Assembly: GCA_964016885.1 (NCBI GenBank)
Contig: OZ024742.1
Span: forward strand, 73,408,001-73,472,000
Direction of reading: 5' to 3'
Length of the DNA stretch: 64,000 nucleotides
Source of the DNA: Eledone cirrhosa
Lineage: Eukaryota
Part shown: positions 14,285 through 27,247 of the stretch, piece after piece
Layout: each line of letters opens with the position of its first letter
Position numbering within the stretch: the first letter of the stretch is position 1
Position numbers and translations under genes: made by a program
The notes under the pieces: model-generated
The model's input: only the letters and a program-made list of their open reading frames with translations
Database searches by the model: none
Told to the model about the DNA's origin: nothing

Positions 14285-14525
14285 TGTGTGGGAGTATGTG
14301 TGTGGGAATATGTGTGTGGGAGTAGGTGTGTGTGGGAGTAGGTGTGTGGGAGTAGGTGTGTGGGAGTAGGTGTGTGGAAGTAGGTATATGGGAGTAGGTG
14401 TGTGGGAGTAGGTGTGTGGGAGTAGATGTGTGGGAGTATGTGTATGGGAGTAGGTGTATGTGTGGGAGTAGGTGTGTGCTGTAGGTATGTGGGAGTAGGT
14501 GTGTGTGTGGGAGTAGGTGTGTGCT
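14285..14525. repeat. GTGTGGGAGTAG-type 12-16 bp minisatellite
   Basis: Direct reading. Confidence 0.95.
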
Positions 14526-15154
14526 GTTGTGTCAGTAACAATCATTTCACTAATGGTAAATTTTGGCAATGTAAGAATCAGATGTTGTATCAGAGCTCTT
14601 GAGAAGGGCAGTGGTGGTCATGATAGAAATAAGTTTTTGTAAATATGATCAACCTCCATTCTATATTCAATATTTTTGGTATTGTTCCTTTTAAATATTA
14701 TTTCTGCAGGACATATACCAAGAGGAGAAGATACAGCAGATAACATAGGTTATAATGTCAGTCTCATCAACTTGCACACACAAACACACTTGTGCAAGTA
14801 CACACAATCACACACACAGACATACATACTCATACAAACACACAAAGTTATACAATCACACACACAGACAAACATACTTACACAATCACACACAGACAAA
14901 CATACTATTACAATCATACATAATCATACAATCACATGCACACTGACAAACAGATACACAGATAGTAGCACATATAATTTCTCCCTCTTTCACACACATG
15001 TAATCACACAGTTACACACACATGTACATTATACACACATATGTATATAATCACACAAATATACATAATGAGAGAGACACACACAACAATCCACTATTTT
15101 ATAATGTGGCTCAGTTGGCAGAATGCTACTCAACTGTTCATATCTACTTATTAG

Positions 15155-15432
15155 TATAGGTACCACAAAGTAGTGGAGTCTACCTGGTTGTTAATAGGTA
15201 CCACAGTAAGGTACAGTCAACTTAGCTGTAGGTAGGTACCACAGTAAGTACAGTTCACTTAGCTGTAAGTAGGTACCACAATAGAACTACAGTCTACCTA
15301 GCTATAAGTAGGTACCAATTAGAGGTAGAGTCTACCTGGTTGTTAATAGGTACCACAATAGAACTACAGTCTACCTAGCTATAAGTAGGTACCAATTAGA
15401 GGTAGAGTCTACCTGGTTGTTAATAGGTACAA
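15155..15432. repeat. ~38-39 bp minisatellite containing TAGGTACC
   Basis: About seven degenerate units of the form TAGGTACCACAATAGAACTACAGTCTACCTAGCTATAAG. Confidence 0.85.
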
Positions 15433-15471
15433 TGTGGTGAGAAAGGGTGTTATAGAAGCAAGTAAGTTTAA

Positions 15472-15655
15472 ATAATTGTTTCTACTTTAGGCACAAGGCC
15501 AGCAATTATCCAGTACCTTACTGGTACTTTATTTTATCGACCCCGTAAGGATGAAAGGCAAAGTTAACCTTGGCGGGATTTGAACTCAGACCGTAAAGGG
15601 ACGTAACTATGCTAGAAAGCATGGCGTCCAACCCTCTACCGATACTGCTAATTCA
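15472..15655 (-). mobile_element. SINE family 1 copy
   Basis: Reverse-complement consensus match. Confidence 0.85.
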
Positions 15656-15695
15656 TCAATGAACCCTATCTAATGAATGGGGTGTGGGTGACACC

Positions 15696-15880
15696 GGTGG
15701 ATTGGCAGTATCGGTAGAGGGTCGGACGCCATGCTTTCCAGCATAGTTACGTCCCTTTACCATCTGAGTTCAAATCCCGCCGAGGTTGACTTTGCCTTTC
15801 ATCCTTACGGGGTCGATAAAATAAAGTACCAGTAATGCACTGGTAATTGCTGGCTTTGTGCCTAAAGTAGAAACAATTAT
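15696..15880 (+). mobile_element. SINE family 1 copy, head-to-head with the previous one
   Basis: Consensus match. Confidence 0.85.
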
Positions 15881-17794
15881 AACTGAACAGATTGACTAGC
15901 AGAATCAGTAGAGTATCAGATGAAATACTTTGTGGCATTTGTTCCAATTCTTTACATTCTGAGATAAAATCTTGCTTGAATTTAACTTTGTCTTTCATTC
16001 TTCCAGAGTTGATAAAATCAAACAAAGTACTTGCCAAGTACTTTATTTTATTGTTGGTTACACTTATTGGGTCTTATTTTATGTCTGTTAGTCACTCAGT
16101 ATACAAAGGCTGTAATGACATGGACACTGGAAAAAGGAAAAAGGACTGACCTAAGAACACCTGGCATTGAACATTCCAGGACGACTTCAAATATACAAGA
16201 ACAAGTTGGGCAGGTGTGGAGAGAACCTAAGACAGGTGTGATCATGCTGGTGGAAGCGTGCTGCTTTTATGTGTCTTAAAACGTAGTATGACTTACATCT
16301 ATCTCTACGCATGTCAAGTACTGGGGCTCAATATAATCAACTATTCCTTTCCCAACAAAATGCCTCGCCTGGTGCCTATATTAGAAATAACTGGACATAA
16401 TATATAAATTGATCCATACAGAGGTTAATAATTCATTATTTCAGGATATCTTTGAAAAAAGGGGGTATGTTAGAGTAGACTCCTCTCAACTACTCCACAC
16501 TAAAGAGACGGTTTTAATTCAGTACTGCAATCGAATGAAACATAATAATTTACTAGTGTTCCCACTGTTTAAAATTGCTGATGATTTTCAAACCATTAGA
16601 AAATAGACAAGAATTTAGAAGGATTTATTAATATAACAAACTTTCTCATCATTAAGTTGGTGTTTGTAATATAACATAACAGGTTCTTGCATAAAATTAT
16701 CATAGGTTTTTAGATAAATGTATATACTTTAGAATAAACAGCTTTGTATCATAAAACCAGGGGCAGTTTGAGATGCTATGTTAACAAGATGTCTAAAACA
16801 GTGAACTATACCTCACACATTAATACCTAGGTCCATTTTACTGCTATTTTCCCAAACTATATCTTATACAGTCATACTTATTTACCGAGCTGCATCTCGT
16901 ACATTGGCAGTTATTTATGAAGCTCTATTTCACATGTTGGTATCTATTTACTTATCTCTACTTCACATGCTGGTACCACTTCACAGGGTGACACTTAGCT
17001 CCACTTGGCACATATCTAACAAGCTCTACCTCATAGACTGGCAGCTATTTACCAAGATCTTCTTCACACATGAATACCTATCTAAGTGAACTGAATCAAC
17101 AAGGATTAAGTAACATGGTTAGAGCATACATAATAGTCATTATAGGTTGGTTGACTTTTCATCCTGTAACTTGACCAATTAGGAGGTCATGCACTTTAAG
17201 TAAAACATTTGCACTGGTGATGACTTGATAAATTCAAGCAATTCCAAGAACACAATCTGAAGTGACATCATCACTCAATAAAAAAGTTAGATTTGATAAT
17301 ATAAATTCTTTAAAATCATTTTGTTTGAGATTGATATATACATTAACTGTCTACAGTTTGACAACTAGGAGGTATCTTCAATAGACTAACTACACTAATT
17401 AACTATATATAACAAAAACTAACAGAACTAATAAATAAAAAAATAGTAAAAAAAAAGAGTGGCTATATAATTATGTTTAGTAGGTACTAACTATTACTTT
17501 TGATGAAAATGTGACTTATACTGTGGCATCTAATTTAGATTTCTATAAGAATTCTGAGGAATTAATTGTTAAACAATATCAAAACAATACAGTGAATATG
17601 AAATATTGAAGAAATGGTAATTGAAAAATAAGAAATAAAAGAAAATTGCAATATAGATTTTTAAAGTAGATATTGAGTGATTCTGAGCTACATATATAAT
17701 ATACAGGTTTCTCAAAAGTTACTATCTATTTTTGTGCACTTATTAGTATTCAAAATAGATATTGACTATTCAGACACCACACATATATATATAT

Positions 17795-18230
17795 AATCAT
17801 CATCACTGTTTAACATCAATTTTTCACACTAGCATGGGTTAGACGAGTTGTCCTGTTGGGAAAACTGCCAGGTCAGGGGACCATGTCTGGCTTATACAGA
17901 ACTGATTTGGGCTAGGTTTCTACTGCTGGATGCCCTTCCTAGTGCCAACCTCATATACAGTGAGTACTGGGTGCTTTTTGTCTTGACACCTACACGACCA
18001 CTTTACAGTATGGACTGGGTGCTTTTCGTTGTGACACCTACATGACCACTTTACAGTGTGGACTGGGTGCTTTTTGTTGTACATGATCACTTTACAGTGT
18101 GGACTGGGTGCTTTTTGTCGTGACACCTACACGACCACTTTACAGTGGGGGGCTAGGCGCTTTTTGCCATGTCACCATCACGATCACTTTATAGTGTGGG
18201 CTGGAGGCTTCACTGGATGTATTTTTTGGC
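17795..18230 (-). mobile_element. RTE 3'-UTR fragment with internal ~47-bp tandem units
   Basis: Matches the 3' UTR of the RTE copies (GGATGCCCTTCCT...; CCACTTTACAGTGTGGACTGGGTGCTTTTTG repeated 4-5 times) and has a (CAT)n tail end. Confidence 0.7.
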
Positions 18231-20211
18231 CTGTCCTCATGGGAGATGTATGGGAGGGTGGGGTGGTGCATTCTGTATATATGCAGAAGGAATGGAGCCA
18301 AAGGATCTCTCATGAGGACTTATGTATCAATGGAAAATAATTCTGTGTCTCATTACAAGTGCTGAGGTAATGTCATGACTTTAATTTCATTACCAATCTG
18401 ATGAGGTCTCCCAAATGCAAGAAGTATTTTGAGGATCCTCTTTCAGTTGATTGAATCAAACATTTTCTTGAAGGCTATAAAATTCATGTATTTCAATGTA
18501 ACATTAAATGACCAATTAAATGTGCTAAAGGTCAACTTCAAGCTGAGAGTAAGCTCATTTACCTTGGCCATACTCAGGGAATAGTTAAGAAGTTTGCTTT
18601 GCAATAATTAAGTCCCCAGCTCAATTCTACCCCATGGCATCTTGGGCATGTGTCATTTACCATAGCCACCAGTCAACCAATGCTTTGTGAGAGAAACTGT
18701 TTGGAAACTCATCAGATGGACTATATCTGTAATTCAAAGGACAAGTTTTGGCACATACTGTCACATTGGATCTCCCTGAGAATTACATTAATCACTGTAG
18801 AATGCTCAGCCACTTACATATTAATTTCATGAGCAGATTGTACTGTTGATTGAACAACAGGGACACTCATCAGTGAAACTGACAGAGGTCCATTCCACTT
18901 GCCACTCTCACTCAGTTTTCAACAAATTTACAGCAGAGTAGCACTACATTTTTCTCTAAGATTACGTCTTCTACCAAAATAATAGGTACAGTTCATCTAA
19001 GAGATTTTCAAAGCATGAATAAGGAGTAGAATGGGAGTGTGGAAGGTAGGAAACAGTACATGCAAAGCAGAAGTGAATAGGAAATGGGAATATATTAAGA
19101 AAGCACTATTGGAGTATACGTGAATCAACTGCCTCAAAGGGAGAGGGAGAGGAGTACAGGAGTATATATATACAGAAAAGAGAGAGACGGTGAAGTGAAA
19201 TTGGGAGTATGAAGGGGTGAAGTGCAGGGCTTATTGTTCATGAGTCTTACTTGGATGAAGTCTACGGGCCCTATTAATATTTTGGGCTGTGGTTGAGTGA
19301 AAGATTCAAGAACCCAAAACACCTGAAAGCCTTGGAGCCTGTCACGGCCATGGATTAATATGGCCCAAGCAAACTGACACTCTCACACACGGGTATACTG
19401 AAGGTATGTGAAAAAATAAACAAAAACGTTGGGTTGTGCGTAAAAGAGAAAGAGTAAGAAGGGGAAAACGTAGAGGGGAACGCAAACTGTTTCATTGACT
19501 CGCTTTTTGAGAGTCAACGAAAGAGTTTGGTGAGTTGATTTTTAGCCTCAAGTCAGCCTTAGCTGAGTAAAGCCAGGATTGAAAGTGTTCCAGCTACGGC
19601 CATCCTTTGTGTACATATAAGAGTTTTTGAGACAGTGGGTTGTGATTTAGCTGCTATATCTAGTATGTCAAATGAATGGGAGAGTCACAACAAACTGTGC
19701 TAGATAAACTTAAAGGAATTGTCAATGTCTCCAAGGAGAGTTTGAAGTTAACGAAATTGGAGGTGAAGGATCTTACAGGGGAGAAATGAATGATAACAAA
19801 GGAAGGGGTTGGCGCAAAAATAGATAGACATAATAAATAAAAGTTATATATATATATATAGTTTAAAGCCCGGTGTCCCTATATAGATGTAAGGATAATA
19901 GGTAGGTACATGTCTATAGACAGGAGATAGGTAAGGATGATGTAAAGGTAGGTAGGTAGGTAGATAAGCGATAGTTAAGGTTAGAGATACAGAGCATAAT
20001 GGAATGATGAAAAATACCGGCGATGGAGAGAGGAGAATAGTGCAAAACAGAAGAAACTACGAATGGGAAGAAAAGTGAATTCTCTCTCTCTCTCTAATAA
20101 TAATAATCTATCTATCCATGTGTGTGTAATGATGAGAGAAAAGAGCAGGAAAAATATAGAAAATAAAGCATAGAAACTGTTTATGTATAAATATTGATAG
20201 TCAATCCCCCC

Positions 20212-20246
<35 letters not shown>

Positions 20247-20312
20247 GTGTACATTATATAAGGGAGGAAGCTAGATAGATAGATAGAAAAGAAAAACGTA
20301 GAAAGTGTTTTG

Positions 20313-20349
<37 letters not shown>

Positions 20350-20707
20350 TTAAAACAATAAGGGAGAGGGAAATTCTTAGTCAAGGTAAGTAAAGGAACA
20401 AAACGCTGAATGTGATAATATATAGAGAGTTAGGGTTTCACACATCATCTTTCTCTGTCTCCTACATCTCTCATACACTGTCCCTTTCACTCCTTCTCCC
20501 TCTCATTGACTCTGTGTCTCCGTCTCCTCCCTCTGTCTCCTTTCTCTCTCCTACACTGTCCCCGTGTCTCCTTCACCTCTCTTACACTGTCCCTGTGTCC
20601 TCTCTCTGTCTCATACAAACAACACTACTTCAACCGGCTGCGACTCTTCTGCCAAACATTCAGGTATTGGTTCTATTTTACTAACCAGAATATCTGTAAC
20701 ATATTCT

Positions 20708-21038
20708 TATATATATATATATATATACACATATATATATATATACACACACACATATATACATACATATATATATACACACACATATATACATACATAT
20801 ATATATACACACACATATATATATACACACACATATATACATACATATATATATACACACACATATATACATACATATATATATACACACACATATATAT
20901 ATACACACACATATATACATACATATATATATACACACACATATATATATACACACACATATATACATACATACATATATACACATACATATATACATAC
21001 ATACATATATACACATATATATATATACACATAAATAC

Positions 21039-21072
<34 letters not shown>

Positions 21073-21440
21073 ACACATATATACATACATACATACATAT
21101 ATATATATATATAGACATATATACATACACACATACATATATATATATATATAGACATATATACATACACACATATATATATATATAGACATATATACAT
21201 ACACACATATATATATATATAGACATATATACATACACACATATATATATATATATACATATATACATACATATATATATACACATACATACATATATAC
21301 ACATACATACATATATACACATACATACATATATATATACACATACATACATATATACACATACATACATATATATATACACATACATACATATATATAT
21401 ACACATACATACATATACACATACATACATACATATACAC

Positions 21441-21513
<73 letters not shown>

Positions 21514-21532
21514 CACATATATACATACATAC

Positions 21533-21613
<81 letters not shown>

Positions 21614-21659
21614 CACACACACACATTATATATATACAGAACAGACAGACACACACACA

Positions 21660-21697
<38 letters not shown>

Positions 21698-21726
21698 CAC
21701 ACACACACATTTATATATATATATAG

Positions 21727-21761
<35 letters not shown>

Positions 21762-21765
21762 CACA
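20708..21765. repeat. Compound (TA)n/(CA)n/(TACA)n microsatellite
   Basis: Direct reading; this is the source of the Y/I/H/T ORFs in the track. Confidence 0.98.
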
Positions 21766-22386
21766 AACTTCATTCTATATACTCTGTCACATAGATGTAA
21801 ATCATAAAAGAGAGGAATAGGATCCAACTGAAGTTTCAAATAATAGTTTTCACCCTGACAATTACACACCCAGCCCCTTACACAAACAACTTTGACTTCT
21901 CTTATTGTAAATGTTTAATGCTACATAGTATTCGAAAGAGAAAAAAAACAATATATACGTGTGTAAATTCAATGGACACTATATTAACTAAGTATTACAC
22001 AGCTGTATATTTTACACAGCTATATAGTTATTTATATACAGGGCCGAATTAAAGGTGACCGACACTCCTCAAATCTTTCGTTTTTCAACTAGACATCTAG
22101 ACATAAATGCTCGATATGAAACAGATTTAAAATTTAGTTTTCTTCCAGACCACCTCATATGTTAGACTCCACAACTAAATTAACTATAACTTTTATTTTA
22201 TTTATTTGTTAAACACCAAAATACTAACAGGGAAAAGAAATTAACCTTTCAACATTTTTTGTAGGGCCTTATTTCAGTTGCACCGTTTGCACCTTAGAAT
22301 ATCCAGCAGAGCAAATATATATATAAACAAACAAAATAACTTCATGGTATCGCGTTCATTGGAGACCTAATGGTTAAATCCATGTG

Positions 22387-22422
<36 letters not shown>

Positions 22423-22952
22423 CCAGCCGTGTATTACAGACATATAAACACACGCAACTAGTAAACATACATAAACAATAGACAACGACCCACAACAGTC
22501 TTCTTCAGTCGGTGTAATTAATTTTTTATGTACCGCGTTGGAATTTGTTCCAGCCTAAATTCTTCCATAACTTTATTTTATTTAATCTGAAAATACATTT
22601 TTTCCACAAACGTCGCTACAAACAGAATTGTAAATGTTTTAAATAGTTAGTGTTGGCAGTAAATAAAAACAATACTGGAGTATGTAGGCTCTCTCTTGTA
22701 CCACGTAGAAATTTGTATGTTTTATTCTTTTACTGATTATAGTAGTTGGTCTGCAGCCATGCTGGGGCACCGCCATAAAGGAGTTTAGTAAATCATATAC
22801 TTGTTACAGTCTGGTAATTATTTTAGTGATCTCTATTTGTCGAACCGCAAAGTTACGAAACATAAAGAGACAATAAAAACAACACCGGTGTCCAGACCGG
22901 CACAGACACAAACATGTATGTATGTATGTATATATATATATATATATATATA

Positions 22953-23330
22953 TTATTCAGAATATTAATAAATGAAGACATTCACATAATCAAAATATGT
23001 TTTATTATATATATTTCGAAGGCACTGTGCTGTTTTTTCAGTACGTCCTCGTCAGATAAAATACATGAATTGATGTATGACATACCTCAACGGTCTTGAT
23101 GGTTCAGACCGTTGAGGTATGTCATACATCAATTCATGTATTTTATCTGACGAGGACGTACTGAAAAAAAACACCACAGTACCTTCGAAATATATATAAT
23201 AAAGCATATTTTAATTATGTGAATGTCTTCATTTATTAATCTGAATAAGATTAATAACTCCAGAAAACTTCTTTGTAGAGTGCTTTTAATCTATTGTAAA
23301 ACTATATTCATTGAGTATAATCTTTGGTTA
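22953..23330 (+). mobile_element. Fold-back hammerhead element A (Penelope-like pLTR with inverted copy) in (TA)n
   Basis: Arms 22953-23096 and 23106-23248 are reverse complements with a 9-nt spacer. An 82-nt unique tail follows. (TA)n lies on both sides. Confidence 0.75.
23136..23207 (+). ncRNA. Type I minimal hammerhead ribozyme (mirror copy on minus strand, 22997-23066)
   Basis: Stem I TTTTAT/ATAAAG; CTGACGA 23147-23153; stem II GGACGTACTG/CAGTACCTTC; GAAA 23187-23190; palindromic TATATA; UA cleavage site at 23197-23198. Confidence 0.75.
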
Positions 23331-23680
23331 TATATATATATAGCTCCGCTGTGTACGTACTGACTTGGTCTGTGTGTGTATGTATATATTTTCATTATAT
23401 TAAGGTTAAATAGTGAGTTTTGTTACTCTTGAGTTTATATAATGTTGGTGTTGTTGACTTTTTGTCAGCAACAGGTGGGTCTCGAACTTGTTGAACTTTT
23501 ATATGCAATATATGATATACCTGTCAGCCATTACGCATATACACACACACAGACGAAGTCAGTATATAATCAGTGGAGCTACCGACCACTCAGATAGATT
23601 CGATGGGATATTTACTTCAACACTGCATTGAGTTCTAAAATGATTATAAGCTCTGCCTTAATGGGGTAGAATATTAATGA

Positions 23681-23715
<35 letters not shown>

Positions 23716-23720
<5 letters not shown>

Positions 23721-24362
23721 GGAAAAAATGAAACGAAATTTCATTTCCCACTCTAAGTACGGCTGTTACTTAAATATAAGTATGTACACGTACATAATAA
23801 GTATGTACACGTACATACATATATGTATACAGACGTACAGTAGTGTGTATATATATATACATACATGCACATATATATATATATATGTACGTATGGATTC
23901 ACCGAACATTTATAATAATGCTCGGTGTGTTTGTAAACAAACATCCCGTATTAAGCCGTAGTGTCTAGCAACCATCGTTGCTCGTTTGTTCAACACTGAC
24001 AAAGGAACGCTGTACTAGTTTCAAGCTTATTAGCTATCGTCAGCAACGTATACCTTCCTGCCAGATTGTTGAACGTATATACTTACCTTATGCATATTAA
24101 CGGCTGAGTAGCCCAATTTGCATATCGAGTGGGTTAATCGGCCGGGTGCACCGAAAACGATAAACGGAAAAAATGAAACGAAATTTCATTTCCCACTCTT
24201 AGTACGGCTGTTACTTAAATATAAGTATGTACACGTACATACATATATGTATACAGACGTACAGTAGTATGTATATATATATATACATACATGCACACAT
24301 ATATGTACGTATGGATTCACCGAACATTTATAATAATGCTCGGTGTGTTTGTAAACAAACAT
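23716..24362 (-). mobile_element. Retrozyme-like 1.5-mer (445-bp period, ~200-bp terminal direct repeats) in (TA)n
   Basis: 23716-23944 is repeated at 24161-24362, with a hammerhead between the repeats and (TA)n flanks. Confidence 0.7.
24007..24049 (-). ncRNA. Minimal type I hammerhead ribozyme
   Basis: Minus strand reads ACGTTG-CTGACGA-TAGCT AATA AGCTT-GAAA-CTAG-TA-CAGCGT. Stem I extends to 23988/24074. Confidence 0.8.
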
Positions 24363-25289
24363 ATATATATATATATATATATATCAGCAATACTAGAGAT
24401 GTGTATGTATACATATATATACTCACACACACTATCCACATCAAACCTTTCCACTCTCTCCATCATTACCTTCACCATTCCTTTACCGCTTTCTCTTACA
24501 CCACTCTGTTAAATCTCACCACACTTGTCATACATCCATGATATTTCTCATCCTTCTTACTATTATTCTCATCCACACCCCTAACAGGTCTGTCTTGAGA
24601 AAAGGCATACTCCCTTCCTTCTTCTCCCTCATATCCCACAACATTTGTTATATATCCATAACATTTTTTTAATTATTTATCACCCTTACTTTTAGTCTTC
24701 CCACTCCCGAACTAGTCTGTCTTGGGACAAAGCATCCTCCCTCCTCTTACCACTTCATAGAGTAAAGCAGGCTCTCCTGTCAATTCAACAACATTTACTG
24801 ACAACCACCCAAGTGCTGGTGTCAACAAAATGCATCCAATGCACTCTGTAAAGTGGTAATGCTGGTGTCATGATAAAGTACAACCAGTAGACTCTGTAAA
24901 GTGGTTAGGAAGGATCTATCCAACTGTCAAAACTGGAATATATGTAAGTGAGACTTGGCCCTTGGCTCATCTGTGAGGACAGTAGCTCCAATTAAATATT
25001 GGACTTGGTCTGTTCTGACCCAACATATGCTAGCAAGTAAAAAAAATAGATGTTAAATAGTGATGACGATGATGATGATATTTAAGCATGGCTGTGTGAT
25101 TAAGGAGCTTGTTTCCCAAGTCTGTGTTTCTGGGTTCAGTCATGCTGCATGGTATTTGGGCAAATGTCTTTTACTATAGCCTTGGGTTGACCAAAGACTT
25201 GTGAGTTGAATTTGGTAGATGAAAACTGCGGAAGCTTATCAAACATTAAGGACATCGTGAAAGGGTAGAGCTATTACCTTTACAAGAGA

Positions 25290-25412
25290 GGTAGGACTGC
25301 TGCAATAAGTGTGTGAATCTGAGAGAGGAATATGTTGAATAAAATCATAATCAACTGATCCGCCTCTATTTACTTTTACCCAAAGCCAGGAACTTTTCAG
25401 CATCCTGGTATA
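25290..25412 (+). mobile_element. Mariner transposon 3' end remnant
   Basis: AAGTGTGTGAATCTGAGAGAGGAATATGTTGAATAA encodes KCVNLREEYVE*, resembling a mariner transposase C-terminus, followed by TIR-like GAACTTTTCAGCATCCTGGTA. Confidence 0.55.
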
Positions 25413-25480
25413 TGCACACACACACACACACACTTACATCCATGCTAGCGTGGAAAAATGGCTGTTAAACGGTGATGATG

Positions 25481-25514
<34 letters not shown>

Positions 25515-25645
25515 CCCATAACAGAAAAGTAATTGATAAAATAAGTACCAGAATTGAAAAAGTGAGCTCTAGGTTTGATATGCTTCATTAAATCACTGTG
25601 ATGTCCCAGCATGGCCAAAGTCTAATGACTGAAATCAGTAAAATG

Positions 25646-25695
<50 letters not shown>

Positions 25696-26562
25696 CACAT
25701 ATATCATCATCATCACCGTTTAATATCCATTTTCCATGCTAACATGGGATAGGCAGCTTGTCCCGTTGTGAGACAAATCAGATCAGATGACTATGTTTCA
25801 ATTTAGCATGGTTTCTACAGCTGGATGCCTTTTCTAATGCCAACACATTACAGCATGTACAAATCCATCAACACTACCACTTTGCAGCATATGCTGCAAA
25901 GTGGTAGTGTTGGTATGGAATTAAGGGCAATCATTCTCCTTAGCTGGGCAGAGAGAGGCAGTGATGGTGGGTGTTGTAGATAAGAGCATGGTAAAAGAGG
26001 ATCTGTGTGGTGAGTAGCAATGGTTACTTAATGTTTCTCATCTAGGGGGTGGAGAGAGAGTGAGGGCTTTAGGTCATGGAGGTGGCCTTGAATAGAGGGA
26101 AAGGGAAGACTGGAAGCTCATTGTGATGTGGTAGAGTCATAACATTGGTGGATGTAAAGAGAAATGTGATGCTCCATTCTATGTGTGGCAGCTATCCCTA
26201 GTTATGGGGGAAGTGAGTAAGAGAGAGGGTAGGTGGGGATGATTTAGAAAGTGGGGGTAGATTAACAGATGAAGCAGGTTCAAGAGGAAGTAGCATATTG
26301 ATGGGGGATGGGGAGAGTAGCTTTTACACCACCATCCTCTCTATGCTTGTTTCATCAGGCTCACATGGAGGAGTAGATCTATTGTACTATAGCAAATCAC
26401 CAGTCAACTCATCTTGTGTCATCCCCTTCATGATGTCAGCTTTCACCATGTTTTCCCAGATCTTCCTCTTCCACAAGTTTCATCGAGCGAGTGCTTTACA
26501 CTTCTTTATATAGCTGTCATCCTCAATATGTATTATATGTCTATACTAATGCTTTTTTGTAA

Positions 26563-26886
26563 GGCATATGGCTTAGTGGTTAGAGCATTGGCCTTGCAAT
26601 CGAAAGGTTGTGAGTTCAATTCTCAGACCGGGTGATGTGTTGTTTCCTTGAGCAAGACACTTTATTTCACATTGCTCCAGTTTACTCAGCTGTAGAAATG
26701 AGATGACTGGGGTCCCTATCATTCCACTGCAAAGTGGTCGTGGAGATGCCACGGCAAAAAAGCACCCAGCACTCACTGTAAATGAGGTTGGTGTTAGGAA
26801 GGGCATCCAGCTGTAGAAATCAAGCCAGAATCAGTTCCCGTCCCACCCTTGCAAGCAGGGAAAAGCGGACATAAAATGAATGAAAT
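26563..26886 (+). mobile_element. tRNA-derived SINE family 2 (CORE-like middle, RTE-derived 3' tail)
   Basis: tRNA-like head TGGCTTAGTGGTTAGAGCA...GAGTTCAATTC, middle CCTTGAGCAAGACACTTTATTTCACATTGCTCCAG, and a tail matching the RTE 3' UTR at ~36900-37060. A near-identical copy lies at 61550-61887. Confidence 0.85.
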
Positions 26887-27247
26887 TCTGATTCCTCTTA
26901 TGCCCAGTTTTTCTCTCAGTTCATTAATGCTTTGCTACTCATGAATACATCCATAGAAACGATGCCAAACTAGAATATACATGTGTGATACAACCCACCC
27001 CAAACCTGTTTAGGAGGGCATTATCTTCAAATAAGAAATGACCAATCCAACCTATGCCAGCATGTAAAGCAGACATATGATGATGATGATATAAAATATA
27101 CATACACATGAAAAATGCACCTAGTATAGCCTGTTGTGTAGTTGGTGATAGGAAGGACATCCAGCTATAGAAAGCTTGCCAACAAAGGGTTGAGAAGACT
27201 CATTAGCTGTTGGTGGTCTACATGATAAACATGCCCAATGCACTATA

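Noticed and set aside
14710-14748. Plus-strand acceptor TTTCTGCAG followed by a short open frame
   Set aside because: The donor is weak, the peptide is unrecognisable and no partner exons were found.
26563-26635. tRNA gene
   Set aside because: The tRNA-like head runs directly into SINE body sequence and lacks a proper acceptor stem. The same applies to the other SINE heads.
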